Shown here: positions 38,872 through 48,220 of the stretch, piece by piece
Numbering within the stretch: the first letter of the stretch is position 1
How the letters are laid out: each line of letters begins with the position of its first letter
Assembly: GCA_965238005.1 (NCBI GenBank)
Contig: OZ250165.1
Location: 4,032,001-4,096,000, forward strand
Direction: 5' to 3'
DNA from: Longimicrobiales bacterium
GTDB lineage: Bacteria > Gemmatimonadota > Gemmatimonadetes > Longimicrobiales > Gaopeijiaceae
Length of the DNA stretch: 64,000 bases
Notes under the pieces: generated by a model
What the model saw: the letters and a program-made list of their open reading frames with translations, nothing else
Told to the model about the DNA's origin: nothing
Database searches by the model: none
Position numbers and translations under genes: made by a program

Positions 38872-40788
38872 ATGCGACGACTCGCGGCCATCATGTTCAC
38901 CGACATGGTGGGCTTCACCGCCCTGATGCAGGAAGACGAGCACCGGGCGAAGAGCATCCGCGACCGTCATCGGGATGCGCTCCGCGAGTCCATTGAAAAG
39001 CACGGCGGGGAGCTCGTCCAGTTCTACGGTGACGGAACCCTCAGCGTCTTCGGCAGCGCCATCGAGGGGGTCAACGCCGCCGTCGCAGCACAACGCCGGC
39101 TCCAGCAGGGCCCGCCGATCCCGGTCCGGATCGGAATCCACATCGGCGACATCAACCACGACGAGGACGGGGTCTACGGGGACGGCGTCAACGTCGCCGC
39201 CCGCATCCAGGCCCTTTCGGTTCCGGGAGGCGTGCTCGTCTCCGGCAAGGTCTTCGACGAGATCAAGAACCACCCGGAGCTACCGGCAACGGGCCTGGGC
39301 GAGTTCGAGCTGAAGAACGTCCAGCGACCGGTCCGCATCTTCGCCCTCTCGGTACCAGGGCTCGTGGTTCCCGACCCGAACCAGATGAATCCCAAGGAGC
39401 AGAGGAAGAAGACCATCGCCGTGCTCCCCTTCGTCAACATGAGCGCCGATCCGGAGAACGAGTTCTTCAGCGACGGCATCGCGGAGGAGCTCATCAACGC
39501 GCTTACGCGCGTCGAAGGGCTCCAAGTGACGGCCCGCACGTCTTCCTTCGCCTTCAAGGGCAAGAACAAGGACGTTCGAAAGATCGGAAAGGATCTGGGC
39601 GTCAGTGCCATTCTGGAGGGCAGCGTCCGCAAGGCGGGGAATCGGGTCCGGATCACCGCTCAGCTCATCGACACCCGGGACGGCTACCACATCTTCTCCA
39701 AGGTATACGACCGGGTGCTGGAGGACATCTTCAAGACCCAGGACGAAATTTCCCTCGAGATCGTCAACGAGCTCCGAGCAACCCTGCCGGGAAACGGGGA
39801 AAAGCCGTCTCTCGTCACGGCCCCCACGGAGAACTCCGAGGCGTACGACTCCTACCTCAAGGGACTGTACTGCTGGTATCAGTGGACCCCCGACGCCGCG
39901 CTCCAGGCGGTCGATCACTTCCAGCACGCCGTCGATCTGGACCCCGAGTTCGCCCAGGCCTGGGCGGCCATGGCGCGCACTCACACCTACCTGGCCGCCA
40001 TCGGGCGTCTCACGGCCTGTGGTAAGGCGTACGGATGTGCCTCCGACGCGGCCGCGAAAGCCATCGAGCTCGATCCCGACCTCGAGGACTCCCATGTGGC
40101 CCTGGCCCTGGTGCGACTCTTCCACGACTGGGACCTGCCCGCGTGCGAGGCGTCGTTCCTGCGGGCCATGTCCATCAACCCGGACTCGGTTGAGGTCCTG
40201 CACGGCTACTCCCTGTACTTCACTGCCGCCGGCCGTCACGAGGAGGCCGTCACCGTCCTGGAGAAGGCTGCCACCATCGATCCCCTCAACCTTCCGGTGC
40301 GGGATCACCTGGCTCGGGTCTACATGGCCACGGAGCGCTTCGACGACGCCCTGGCCCAATTCGACCGGGTCATGGAGCTGGATCCCGAGTTCCGGGCCGC
40401 GCTCGAGGGCAAGGGCTTTACCTACATGGTCATGGATCGCCTCGACGACGCCCTGGCCACCTTCGAGCAAGTGCGGGAGCTGACGCCTCACCCCAAGGGC
40501 GGCATCACACCTCTGGCCATTGCCCTGGCTTTAGCCGGCCGCACGACGGAGGCGGGGGAGCTATTGACCATCATCGAGGAACGTGAGCGGGAAGAGCCTG
40601 ACGTGTCCCTGGACCTGGACTTCGCCTCCGTCTACTGGGCCCTGGGGCGGTCGGACGAAGCGATGGCTCGGCTTCGCAAGGCGGCTGAATCGCGCATCGG
40701 CGCTCTCGTCTTCCTGAGACACAGCCCGATCTGGTATCTCGGGCAGCTGGAGGGCGTCTCGGAGCTCCTGGCGGAGCACGGACTCTAG
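38872..40788 (+). CDS. Class III adenylate/guanylate cyclase with TolB-N-like and TPR domains
   Basis: MFTDMVGFT, YGDG, RIGIHIG, GDGVNVAARI and AVLPFVNMS motifs, then TPRs. Confidence 0.92.
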   Translation: MRRLAAIMFTDMVGFTALMQEDEHRAKSIRDRHRDALRESIEKHGGELVQFYGDGTLSVFGSAIEGVNAAVAAQRRLQQGPPIPVRIGIHIGDINHDEDGVYGDGVNVAARIQALSVPGGVLVSGKVFDEIKNHPELPATGLGEFELKNVQRPVRIFALSVPGLVVPDPNQMNPKEQRKKTIAVLPFVNMSADPENEFFSDGIAEELINALTRVEGLQVTARTSSFAFKGKNKDVRKIGKDLGVSAILEGSVRKAGNRVRITAQLIDTRDGYHIFSKVYDRVLEDIFKTQDEISLEIVNELRATLPGNGEKPSLVTAPTENSEAYDSYLKGLYCWYQWTPDAALQAVDHFQHAVDLDPEFAQAWAAMARTHTYLAAIGRLTACGKAYGCASDAAAKAIELDPDLEDSHVALALVRLFHDWDLPACEASFLRAMSINPDSVEVLHGYSLYFTAAGRHEEAVTVLEKAATIDPLNLPVRDHLARVYMATERFDDALAQFDRVMELDPEFRAALEGKGFTYMVMDRLDDALATFEQVRELTPHPKGGITPLAIALALAGRTTEAGELLTIIEEREREEPDVSLDLDFASVYWALGRSDEAMARLRKAAESRIGALVFLRHSPIWYLGQLEGVSELLAEHGL

Positions 40789-40852
40789 TAGGAGCCTGTC
40801 CGAGTAATGGGGTGCGGCCGCACACCTTCGGGTCCGTAGCCCACCCATCGAT

Positions 40853-41362
40853 CTACGGCCGAACCGTCCCGTCTGCCGAGACTTGAAAGGCCAGACCGGG
40901 CTCCACGCCGCTCCCCGGAGTATCCACCACGCGGACCAACCGGGTGCCGTTGGCGAACACGCCCTCGGTGCTCGCGCCCGTGGGGTTGAGATCGCACACG
41001 TTGGGGTCACTCACCCGTACCCGTTGCTCCTCGTCCACAGGGACATCGGAGAACGTGATCTCCCAGCGATCGTGCTCCACCGCCGTCATGAAGACCGCGA
41101 TGAAGCCCCTCCAGCCCGCGTGGATATGCGTCATGGACACGCCTTGGACGCAGCCAGGGAACGCCGCCGCGACTCCCGGATCGGTCGTCGTCGAGGCCTC
41201 GTAGACGAAGCGGACAATGGCGATCGTTCCGGCCGGACTGGAGGGATCGTCCCCGCATCCCAGGAGACTGAGCAAGGTCAGAACGGCCGAACAGCGCCAG
41301 GATCCCACGGGGCCTCTCTCGCTTCCAGACATGATCAGGGCCATCGCCTTACTTATTCGCAC
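40853..41362 (-). CDS. Hypothetical lipoprotein
   Basis: Lipobox LLGC followed by a beta-rich domain; exact start uncertain. Confidence 0.6.
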   Translation of the reverse strand: MRISKAMALIMSGSERGPVGSWRCSAVLTLLSLLGCGDDPSSPAGTIAIVRFVYEASTTTDPGVAAAFPGCVQGVSMTHIHAGWRGFIAVFMTAVEHDRWEITFSDVPVDEEQRVRVSDPNVCDLNPTGASTEGVFANGTRLVRVVDTPGSGVEPGLAFQVSADGTVRP

Positions 41363-41700
41363 GAGCGGCGTATGGCTTTCCGCGGCTCGACCAGAGCACC
41401 CGGTGCCATCGCTCCGGCTTGCTGGTTGCGACGCTCCCCTCGCTGTACTCTTCTCACCCGTGGGGACCCGTCACGCCGTCGCTTCCTGCGCCGACACTTC
41501 GAGCACCCTAACACAGTGGTGCCGCCATAAAGATCAGACAGGTCAGACTCGGAGCTTCGGTCCTTCTTTTGTGCGCCGCCGGCTGTGACCGTACTACGGC
41601 CCCCTGGTCGTCGCAAACGATCTCATGATGATCGTCCTCGGGGACAGCATCGAAGTGATGGATCGACCTCTGTCGGACAACGAACCGTTCGAGGAGTCCC

Positions 41701-42045
41701 GTGTCCTCAGGTGAGTACGACGAAGCCGCCCGCTTCGACATCCAGAGCGACTTCGAGCGCTTCAATCAGAAGAACGACGTGTTCAGGCGATCGTGGTGGG
41801 ACGAGCGCCCTCAGAGCGAGAAGACCCGGCTCTTCTACGCCACCCACCGGGAGCCGCTGAGGATATGGCGGAAAGCCAACGGCTTCACCCGAAGGATTAC
41901 GCTTTCCGGAAACGCCTCGGGATCACGCGGTTCGACGAGCGCTGGATGTACGTCAGCAAGTTCAGCGACCTGAGCCGGAGGGAGAAGCCCTAGGAGATCC
42001 CCGAGGGCATGACGAGTGTCATCGTGACAGCCTAGTCCATCGACG
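41701..42045 (+). pseudogene. Reductive dehalogenase (RdhA-like) N-terminal remnant
   Basis: FERFNQKNDVFRRSWWD...GFT/KDYAFR...GITRFDERWMY...KP*EIPEGMTSVIVTA*. Contains a frameshift and two TAG stops; the Fe-S C-terminus is absent. Confidence 0.6.
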
Positions 42046-42054
42046 TTCGATCTG

Positions 42055-42098
42055 CGTGCGCGTCTGTCCCTATAACCGTGCGCGTCTGTCCCTATAAC
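42055..42098. repeat. Perfect 22-bp tandem duplication
   Basis: CGTGCGCGTCTGTCCCTATAAC x2. Confidence 0.9.
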
Positions 42099-42308
42099 AA
42101 GGACTACTCCAAGTGGTGGTTCCGCGTGGGGCGCTGGCTGGCCGGTACTCCCCTCAGGCGTCTGATGCCATGGCTCGATGTCAAGCGGGGGTACGGAAAA
42201 CGCCTGGCCCCTCGGGAGTGGTGGGCGAGTCGCTGACGCGGAGGGGCGGCATGCTTTCCCCGAGCACGGGGCCGCCGGGGGACTCCCGCCGCTGCCATGA
42301 GCCCCCCG

Positions 42309-42881
42309 TCAGCCCAGCAGCGTCATCTTGAGCAGCAGCACGCCGTAGCCGGCCACGGCACCGAGCCCGGCCTCCCACTCCCGGTTTCTCAGGTATTGCG
42401 CCAGGGAGAAGCCCCCAGTCTCCGCGCCCGTCCCGGTTCCCGCCCCCGATCCCTCCCTGCGGTACGGGGAGAGGCGAGGAACGAAGGGCGGCACCGCCGC
42501 CGCATAGGTCCGGTAGGGCTCACCGAAGGCCTCCTCTAGCTCCGCCTCTTCAAGAAGGGCAGTGGCTCGGTAGACGGAGAGGTAGAAGGCCAAGAACAGG
42601 ACCATGAACATCCACTGGCCACCCGCCATCGTGACGCCGAGACCCAGAAAGAAGCTGCCCAAATACAACGGGTTGCGTGTATAGGCGTAGGGTCCCGTAG
42701 TGGCGAGCTCCTCGTTCTTTCGGATGGATCCCGCCGCCCACGCCCGGATCGCCAACCCCACCACCCCTAGCGCCGCCCCTACGGCCAGGGCCGCGGCAAA
42801 AGGCGTCGCGAAGTAGTAGAAGGGGATGAGGAGGAGCCAGACGGCTCTCAGGCGAAGCTTTCGGAGTGGAAGTGGCACCAA
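42309..42881 (-). CDS. Isoprenylcysteine carboxylmethyltransferase/PEMT family membrane protein
   Basis: LATTGPYAYTRNPLYLG...EEAELEEAFGEPYRTY...VPPF motif. Confidence 0.9.
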   Translation of the reverse strand: MVPLPLRKLRLRAVWLLLIPFYYFATPFAAALAVGAALGVVGLAIRAWAAGSIRKNEELATTGPYAYTRNPLYLGSFFLGLGVTMAGGQWMFMVLFLAFYLSVYRATALLEEAELEEAFGEPYRTYAAAVPPFVPRLSPYRREGSGAGTGTGAETGGFSLAQYLRNREWEAGLGAVAGYGVLLLKMTLLG

Positions 42882-42902
42882 CCCCGGCTAGTTACAGGCC
42901 CA

Positions 42903-43742
42903 CTAATAGCCGCTCGCCCCAGGATGGATGGGCGTGCCTGGCGTGATGTTCCGGAGATGCAGGGTCACGGAGCCGGCGACGGGGATTTTGATGCGGAGAT
43001 AGACTAGATAACGGTTTTCGTCGTCCGTGAAGTGGAGCTCCGCCTCACCCCCCTCGCTGAAGAGCCCGCGGGTCTTGATGACGGGCCGGACCACGATGGT
43101 GTTGAAGGTGCCGACAGGAGTCTCGCGGACCTCCTTGCGCTCAACCTTGATGATGACCGGATTGCCTTCCTTCTTGAAGAAGCGCGGAACCGTGTAGGTC
43201 TTGCCGACCTCGAGAGGGAGGGTCCGCACGAAGTAGATGAAGGCGATTTCGTCCAGGGGCAGAGCCGTCGCAAGGTCGCCGAACTCTTCGTTGTCCGTCC
43301 GCTCCCAGTACAGCTCTTCGGGATAAAGCTCGTAGTACCGGTAGCTCTTGTAGCTGAGATCGTGAATGTCCTGGATATAGCGCCGGGAGATGATGAGGCG
43401 TGTGTCGATCCATGAGTCGTAGAGGTCGTCGACCTTGGCGGCGCCGAATAGGAGGCTCCCTCGAAGAGCCATCTGGACGTGATACGTGGGCTCCCCGCGG
43501 ATCGAGTCCACGCCGAGGACCTCCATGTAGGCGTCGCCGGCGGGGAAGACGCCGATCTTGACCTGATACTCGAGGCGCTCGCCGGGCCCCCACGGGACCA
43601 CGGCGGCGAACGGGTCGACCTCGTACTGGACGACCGCCGTCGAATCGCCTGCCGCGACGTCGAGGGTGTCACCATTCGTGGACCCGATGGACACCTGCGC
43701 CGTCACCCCGAAAGACGCGACGAGTACGAGGAATCCAGCCAT
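42903..43742 (-). CDS. DUF3108 family exported protein
   Basis: Signal peptide, GERLEY, TPVGTFNTIVVRP and FTDDENRYLV motifs; start approximate. Confidence 0.8.
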   Translation of the reverse strand: MAGFLVLVASFGVTAQVSIGSTNGDTLDVAAGDSTAVVQYEVDPFAAVVPWGPGERLEYQVKIGVFPAGDAYMEVLGVDSIRGEPTYHVQMALRGSLLFGAAKVDDLYDSWIDTRLIISRRYIQDIHDLSYKSYRYYELYPEELYWERTDNEEFGDLATALPLDEIAFIYFVRTLPLEVGKTYTVPRFFKKEGNPVIIKVERKEVRETPVGTFNTIVVRPVIKTRGLFSEGGEAELHFTDDENRYLVYLRIKIPVAGSVTLHLRNITPGTPIHPGASGY

Positions 43743-43756
43743 CCAAGCCAAGCGTA

Positions 43757-44509
43757 TCAGTCCGCTTTCCTCCGTTCGAGACCTTCCCACTTCTCTCGTC
43801 GTACACGGAGCAGGCCGCGAAGGGTTCGCACCGGCCTGAATCTCGAGGGACGCCGCCTGATGTCGTATCGGAGATTCAGCGGCGCCTCGGTAATGCGCCG
43901 GGCATACGGTGCCACGATCCCGAGGAGCTCGAAGTTCGCCGCCCAGCCGTCCTTCGACAGGAGGGGGCCGTCGGGCAGATCCCGGAGCGCCTTCTTGAGA
44001 ACGATGAGTCGATAGGCGCGGAACCCACAGAGCGGATCGGATACGGGAGCGCCGGCATGGGCCTTCCCCAGGAGAAGCGGAGCCATCCACCGCGCTACCC
44101 TTACCGGGCGGGGGACAGAACGACCGTTTGCCACGATGCTGCCGGCCACCACGTCGGCACCGCCCTCCAATGCCTTCACAAGGGGACCGATGTGCTCGGG
44201 GTTCTCCGTGAAGTCGCCCTGGAGCACGACCGCCGCGTCTCTCTTCGGATAGCTCGTTCGACGCAGTGTCTCCCGGAGTAGCCGCTCGACGGCACGGGGA
44301 TAGCCCACCCGGCGTCCCTCGCGAAGGACACGGACGGGCAGCACTTTAAGGTACCGCTCGAGGACCTCGGAGGTCTCGTCGGTGGAGGCGTCGTCGAGGA
44401 TCAGGACCTCGTACTCCCGCCCGAACTCGAGCATCACCTTCCGGATCTTCCAGAGGAGCACCCCGATGGTTCGGCCTTCGTTGTGGGCGGGAATGCAGAC
44501 GTAGATCAA
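43757..44509 (-). CDS. Glycosyltransferase family 2
   Basis: IPAHNE, DDASTD and DPLCGFRAYR motifs. Confidence 0.9.
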   Translation of the reverse strand: MIYVCIPAHNEGRTIGVLLWKIRKVMLEFGREYEVLILDDASTDETSEVLERYLKVLPVRVLREGRRVGYPRAVERLLRETLRRTSYPKRDAAVVLQGDFTENPEHIGPLVKALEGGADVVAGSIVANGRSVPRPVRVARWMAPLLLGKAHAGAPVSDPLCGFRAYRLIVLKKALRDLPDGPLLSKDGWAANFELLGIVAPYARRITEAPLNLRYDIRRRPSRFRPVRTLRGLLRVRREKWEGLERRKAD

Positions 44510-44595
44510 CGGCTCAGACCATTAGAAGGCTGTCGAAGAAGCCAGCCCGGGGAGCACGCACCGGGAACGAGCGGAAATCTAATACAGAAGCTCGG

Positions 44596-45501
44596 TCAGC
44601 GCGGTTCCGGAGACGGCCGTGTCTTCCAGCGCCGGTGCTGCCAGAAGTACTGCTCGGGGGCCTCCCGTATGCGCTGCTCCAAAATGGAGGTATAACGTTG
44701 TGTCAGCTCCAGGATCGCCTCCTCGGCAGGTGCGTCCCGGGGAATCAGCACCCTCTCGACCTTGACCCCATAGCGGGAGGGCCAGCCCGGGAGGCGGACG
44801 GCGGTACCGAGAAAGACGGGCGCGCCACTCCGCAGGGCGAACAGGGCCGGACCCTTCGCGGTCGCGGCGGGGCTTCCGAAGAAGTCGACGAAGACACCTC
44901 GCTTGCGGATGTTCTGATCCGCCACGAAGGCGGCGACTCGTCCCGCCGACAAGGAGCGGAGCGCGAGGCGAAACGCGTCGTTCTTGACGATCACCGTGAG
45001 TCCCAAACGCTCGCGAGTCTTCACGAGGTAGCGGTCGAAAAGCGGGTTCTTCTGCCGGTGTGCCACCACATCCATCGGCACACCCCTGGCTGCGGCGGAG
45101 GCGCCGGCCACCTCCCAGTTGCCCAGGTGTGCGGAGATGACGACGGCACCGGCGCCCTCCTCCACCGCCGCTCTGAACTCCTCGAACCCCTCCATGTCGG
45201 TGCGCCGCACGACCTCCTGCGGATCCATGCGGGAAAGGCGGAAGGCCATGGCCGCCTCTCGGGCGACGTGGCGGTAGCTGTCCCGGGCGATGCGCGTCCT
45301 CCACGCGGAGCCCTGCTCGGGAAACGCCATGGCGAGATGACGGTCCACGTCCGTCCGCCGGATCCGGAAGGCGACTCCGCCCAGCCATCCCAAGGTCGCG
45401 CAGAGGCTGAGGGCCACCCGCTCCGGAAGCACCACGACGATCCAGGAAAGCACTCGGAAGACCATGAACTCCAGGCGATGCCGGAGAGACACCGGTCTCA
45501 T
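44596..45501 (-). CDS. Lipid A late acyltransferase (LpxL/HtrB family)
   Basis: HLGNWE, ADQN, VDFFG and PEQYFWQHRRWK motifs. Confidence 0.93.
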   Translation of the reverse strand: MRPVSLRHRLEFMVFRVLSWIVVVLPERVALSLCATLGWLGGVAFRIRRTDVDRHLAMAFPEQGSAWRTRIARDSYRHVAREAAMAFRLSRMDPQEVVRRTDMEGFEEFRAAVEEGAGAVVISAHLGNWEVAGASAAARGVPMDVVAHRQKNPLFDRYLVKTRERLGLTVIVKNDAFRLALRSLSAGRVAAFVADQNIRKRGVFVDFFGSPAATAKGPALFALRSGAPVFLGTAVRLPGWPSRYGVKVERVLIPRDAPAEEAILELTQRYTSILEQRIREAPEQYFWQHRRWKTRPSPEPR

Positions 45502-47459
45502 GGCGCCACGGCTTCGCCCACGGTGGGCTCCCCTTCATCGGACCCGTGCGGCGGGTCATCAGCCTCCACGACTGCGGCGCCAGCGTGCGCCTCCTCCGAC
45601 GGTGGATCGGAGAACTGAAGCTCATAGAGCCGTCGGTAGAGTCCGCCCGCAGCGTAAAGCGACTCATGTTCACCCCGCTCCACGATCCGTCCCTCGTCGA
45701 GGACGATGATCAAGTCAGCACGCTGGACGGTGGAGAGTCGGTGGGCGATGACCAGCACGGTCCGTCCCGCGAGGAGGTGCTCCACCGCCTCCTGGACCAG
45801 CCGCTCCGACTCTGTGTCCAGGGCGCTAGTGGCCTCGTCGAAGATGAGGATGGGTGGGTCCCGGAGGATCGCCCGGGCGATTGCGACACGCTGCCGCTGC
45901 CCGCCGGAGAGCCGGGTGCCCCGCTCTCCCACCACAGTGTCGTATCCCTCGGGCAACTCCACGATGAAGTCGTGGGCATTGGCCGCGCGCGCCGCCCGCT
46001 CGACCTCGTCCTGGGACGCGTCAGACGCCCCATACGCGATGTTGGCCCTCACGGTATCGTGGAAGAGCACCGTCTCCTGAGAGACGATCCCCATGGCGCC
46101 CCTCAGGCTCGCGATGGTGAGGTCCCTGACGTCGACGCCTTCGACGGTGACCCGGCCGGCCGTCACGTCGTAGAATCGCCCGAGCAGGTCCGCGATGGTC
46201 GTCTTGCCACCCCCACTGGGTCCCACCAGGGCGACGACGCTACCCGTCGGCACGTCGAACGAGATCCCGTGGAGAACCGGCTCTCCGGACTCGTACTCGA
46301 AGTCCACGTCCTCGAAGGCGATCCCCGCATCGGGGCCCACCATGGGCTGGGCTCCCGCACGGTCCCGGATCTCCACCGGCGCGTCGAGGAACTCGAAGAC
46401 CCGCTCGGCGCCCACGAGGCCGGGCTGAACGAGCGCCGGGAACTTGGCGGCGTACTTCACGGGGGCATACAGCTTCAGACTGAGGGCCAGGAACCCGACG
46501 AACTGGGCGCCGCTCAGCTCGCCCTGCACGACCACCAGGCGCGTCCCGTACCAGAGGATGACGACGGTGCCGATGGTCGCCAGCGTCTCGGTGAGGGGTC
46601 CGGCCAACGCCCTCAGTCGCTCCGTCTTGAGGAAGGTCTCGTAGTAGGCGCCGGTGATGCCGTGGAAGCGACTCCGCTCTCTCTCCTCGGCTGCCGAAGA
46701 CTTCACCAGCCGGATTCCCGACAGCGTCTCCTGGACGTGGGCGTTCACCTCTCCCGCCAAATCCAGCACCCGCCGGTCACCACCACGCAGGCGCTTCACC
46801 AGGGGCCCCCAGATGCCCATCGTGCCGGGAATCACGATGAAGGCCGCCAGGGTGAGCTTCCAAGACAGGATGATCATGAACGCCACAGCGGCCGAGAACT
46901 CGAAGGCCGAGGACAGGATCCTGGCCATCTCCTTGGTGATGAGCCGGCGGACCTGCTCCACGTCATGGGTGAGGCGCGACACGATCTGCCCCACACGGGT
47001 ACGACCGAAGAACGCCAGATCCAGCTCCAGAAGATGATCGTACACCTCGTTCCGGAGGTCGCGGGTCACTGACTGCTCCGCCCGAGCCACCAGGTAAGTC
47101 CGCCCGAAGTCGAAGACGTTCTTCACGGCGAAGACCGCCAGGATCAACAGGATGATCCCCTGCACCGCCTCGAGAGGGTCTCCCTCGATGTCCACGATCC
47201 GGTAGACCGTGGCGTCAAGGAGCCTGGTCATCAGGTCGGGATCTGCCCCTACCGTCGCGGGCCCGACGGCCCCGGCCGCGCCTCCAACAGCGCCGCCTCC
47301 GGTCGCCTGTCTGGAAAAGAGGGTCTCGACGAAGGGGATGAGCAGCACGAACGCAGAGGCGTCGAGGGCCGCGAATATGAAGGTGGCCACCACCGCCGCC
47401 GAGAAGACGACGGCGTGGGGTCCCAGGTAGGAAAGGATCCGGAGATAGAGCTTCACCAA
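45498..47459 (-). CDS. msbA: MsbA-like ABC exporter
   Basis: TMD fused to an NBD (GPSGGGKTT, LSGGQRQR, DEATSALD); adjacent to the lipid A acyltransferase. Confidence 0.8.
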   Translation of the reverse strand: MVKLYLRILSYLGPHAVVFSAAVVATFIFAALDASAFVLLIPFVETLFSRQATGGGAVGGAAGAVGPATVGADPDLMTRLLDATVYRIVDIEGDPLEAVQGIILLILAVFAVKNVFDFGRTYLVARAEQSVTRDLRNEVYDHLLELDLAFFGRTRVGQIVSRLTHDVEQVRRLITKEMARILSSAFEFSAAVAFMIILSWKLTLAAFIVIPGTMGIWGPLVKRLRGGDRRVLDLAGEVNAHVQETLSGIRLVKSSAAEERERSRFHGITGAYYETFLKTERLRALAGPLTETLATIGTVVILWYGTRLVVVQGELSGAQFVGFLALSLKLYAPVKYAAKFPALVQPGLVGAERVFEFLDAPVEIRDRAGAQPMVGPDAGIAFEDVDFEYESGEPVLHGISFDVPTGSVVALVGPSGGGKTTIADLLGRFYDVTAGRVTVEGVDVRDLTIASLRGAMGIVSQETVLFHDTVRANIAYGASDASQDEVERAARAANAHDFIVELPEGYDTVVGERGTRLSGGQRQRVAIARAILRDPPILIFDEATSALDTESERLVQEAVEHLLAGRTVLVIAHRLSTVQRADLIIVLDEGRIVERGEHESLYAAGGLYRRLYELQFSDPPSEEAHAGAAVVEADDPPHGSDEGEPTVGEAVAP

Positions 47460-47525
47460 AGTCGGCCCGAAGGTCTCTCGTCCTCTGGTTGGTTCATCAG
47501 GGTGAAGCTACCGTATTCTCCTACC

Positions 47526-48220
47526 GTGCAGAACTCCAGCCCGATTCGATCGATCCACGCCATCGGCAGCCGCCACCTGGGTGGGGCCGAGGCGTTCTTC
47601 GCCAGGCTGCTCAGGGGTCTTAACGGCCGGGGCTATCGGTCCACGGGTGTCGTCCGCTCGGGCAGCCCTCTCAAGCACGAGCTCAGCGACGTCCCCACGA
47701 CTGGCACGGGCATGCGCAACGGATTGGACGTCTTCACGATCTGGAAGATCCGAGGGCTCATCCGGCGACACCGCCCCGCCGTGGTCCCGACGTATCTGGG
47801 GCGGGCCAGCCGGCTGACCCGGATTCCCAGGGAGAGCGAGACGCTTCACGTAGCGCGTCTGGGCGGGTTCTACCGGGCCAATGCCTACCGGCGTGCCGAC
47901 TCCCGGTCGGCAACACACTGGGCATCTGCGATCATCTGACCGGTCTCGGGTTCCCGCGGGAGCGCGTCTTCCATATCGGCAACTTCGTCGCGGACTTGCG
48001 ATCCTCGAGGCCTGGTTCCACGGCGCCTCGGTGGTCACCACACGGAGCCTCGGTGCCGAGGAGCTGGTCACGGAGGGCGAGGACGGGCTGCTGGCGCCGG
48101 TGGCCGATCCCGAAGGACTGGCGCATCGGATTCAGGATCTTCTCGACGCCGACGGCAGGCAGGTGGGGGCCCTGGTCAGGGCAGGCCGTCGAACTGTGGA
48201 GGAGCCGATCGGCGGTCTAG
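47526..48220 (+). pseudogene. Glycosyltransferase family 4 remnant
   Basis: GGAEAFF...VARLGGFY, a frameshift to GNTLGICDHL...VFHIGNFV, then directly AILEAWFHG...GAEELVTEGEDGLL. The central part is deleted. Confidence 0.75.

Noticed and set aside
28553..42035. Genome-wide amber (TAG) recoding, suggested by in-frame TAGs in the leuB-like gene and the RdhA remnant
   Set aside because: Many conserved genes (gyrB, pilT, thiolase, rpsU) end at TAG exactly at their expected C-termini, and the RdhA piece also has a frameshift and a deletion.
42055..42098. CRISPR array
   Set aside because: Only two abutting 22-bp copies with no spacer, and no cas genes.
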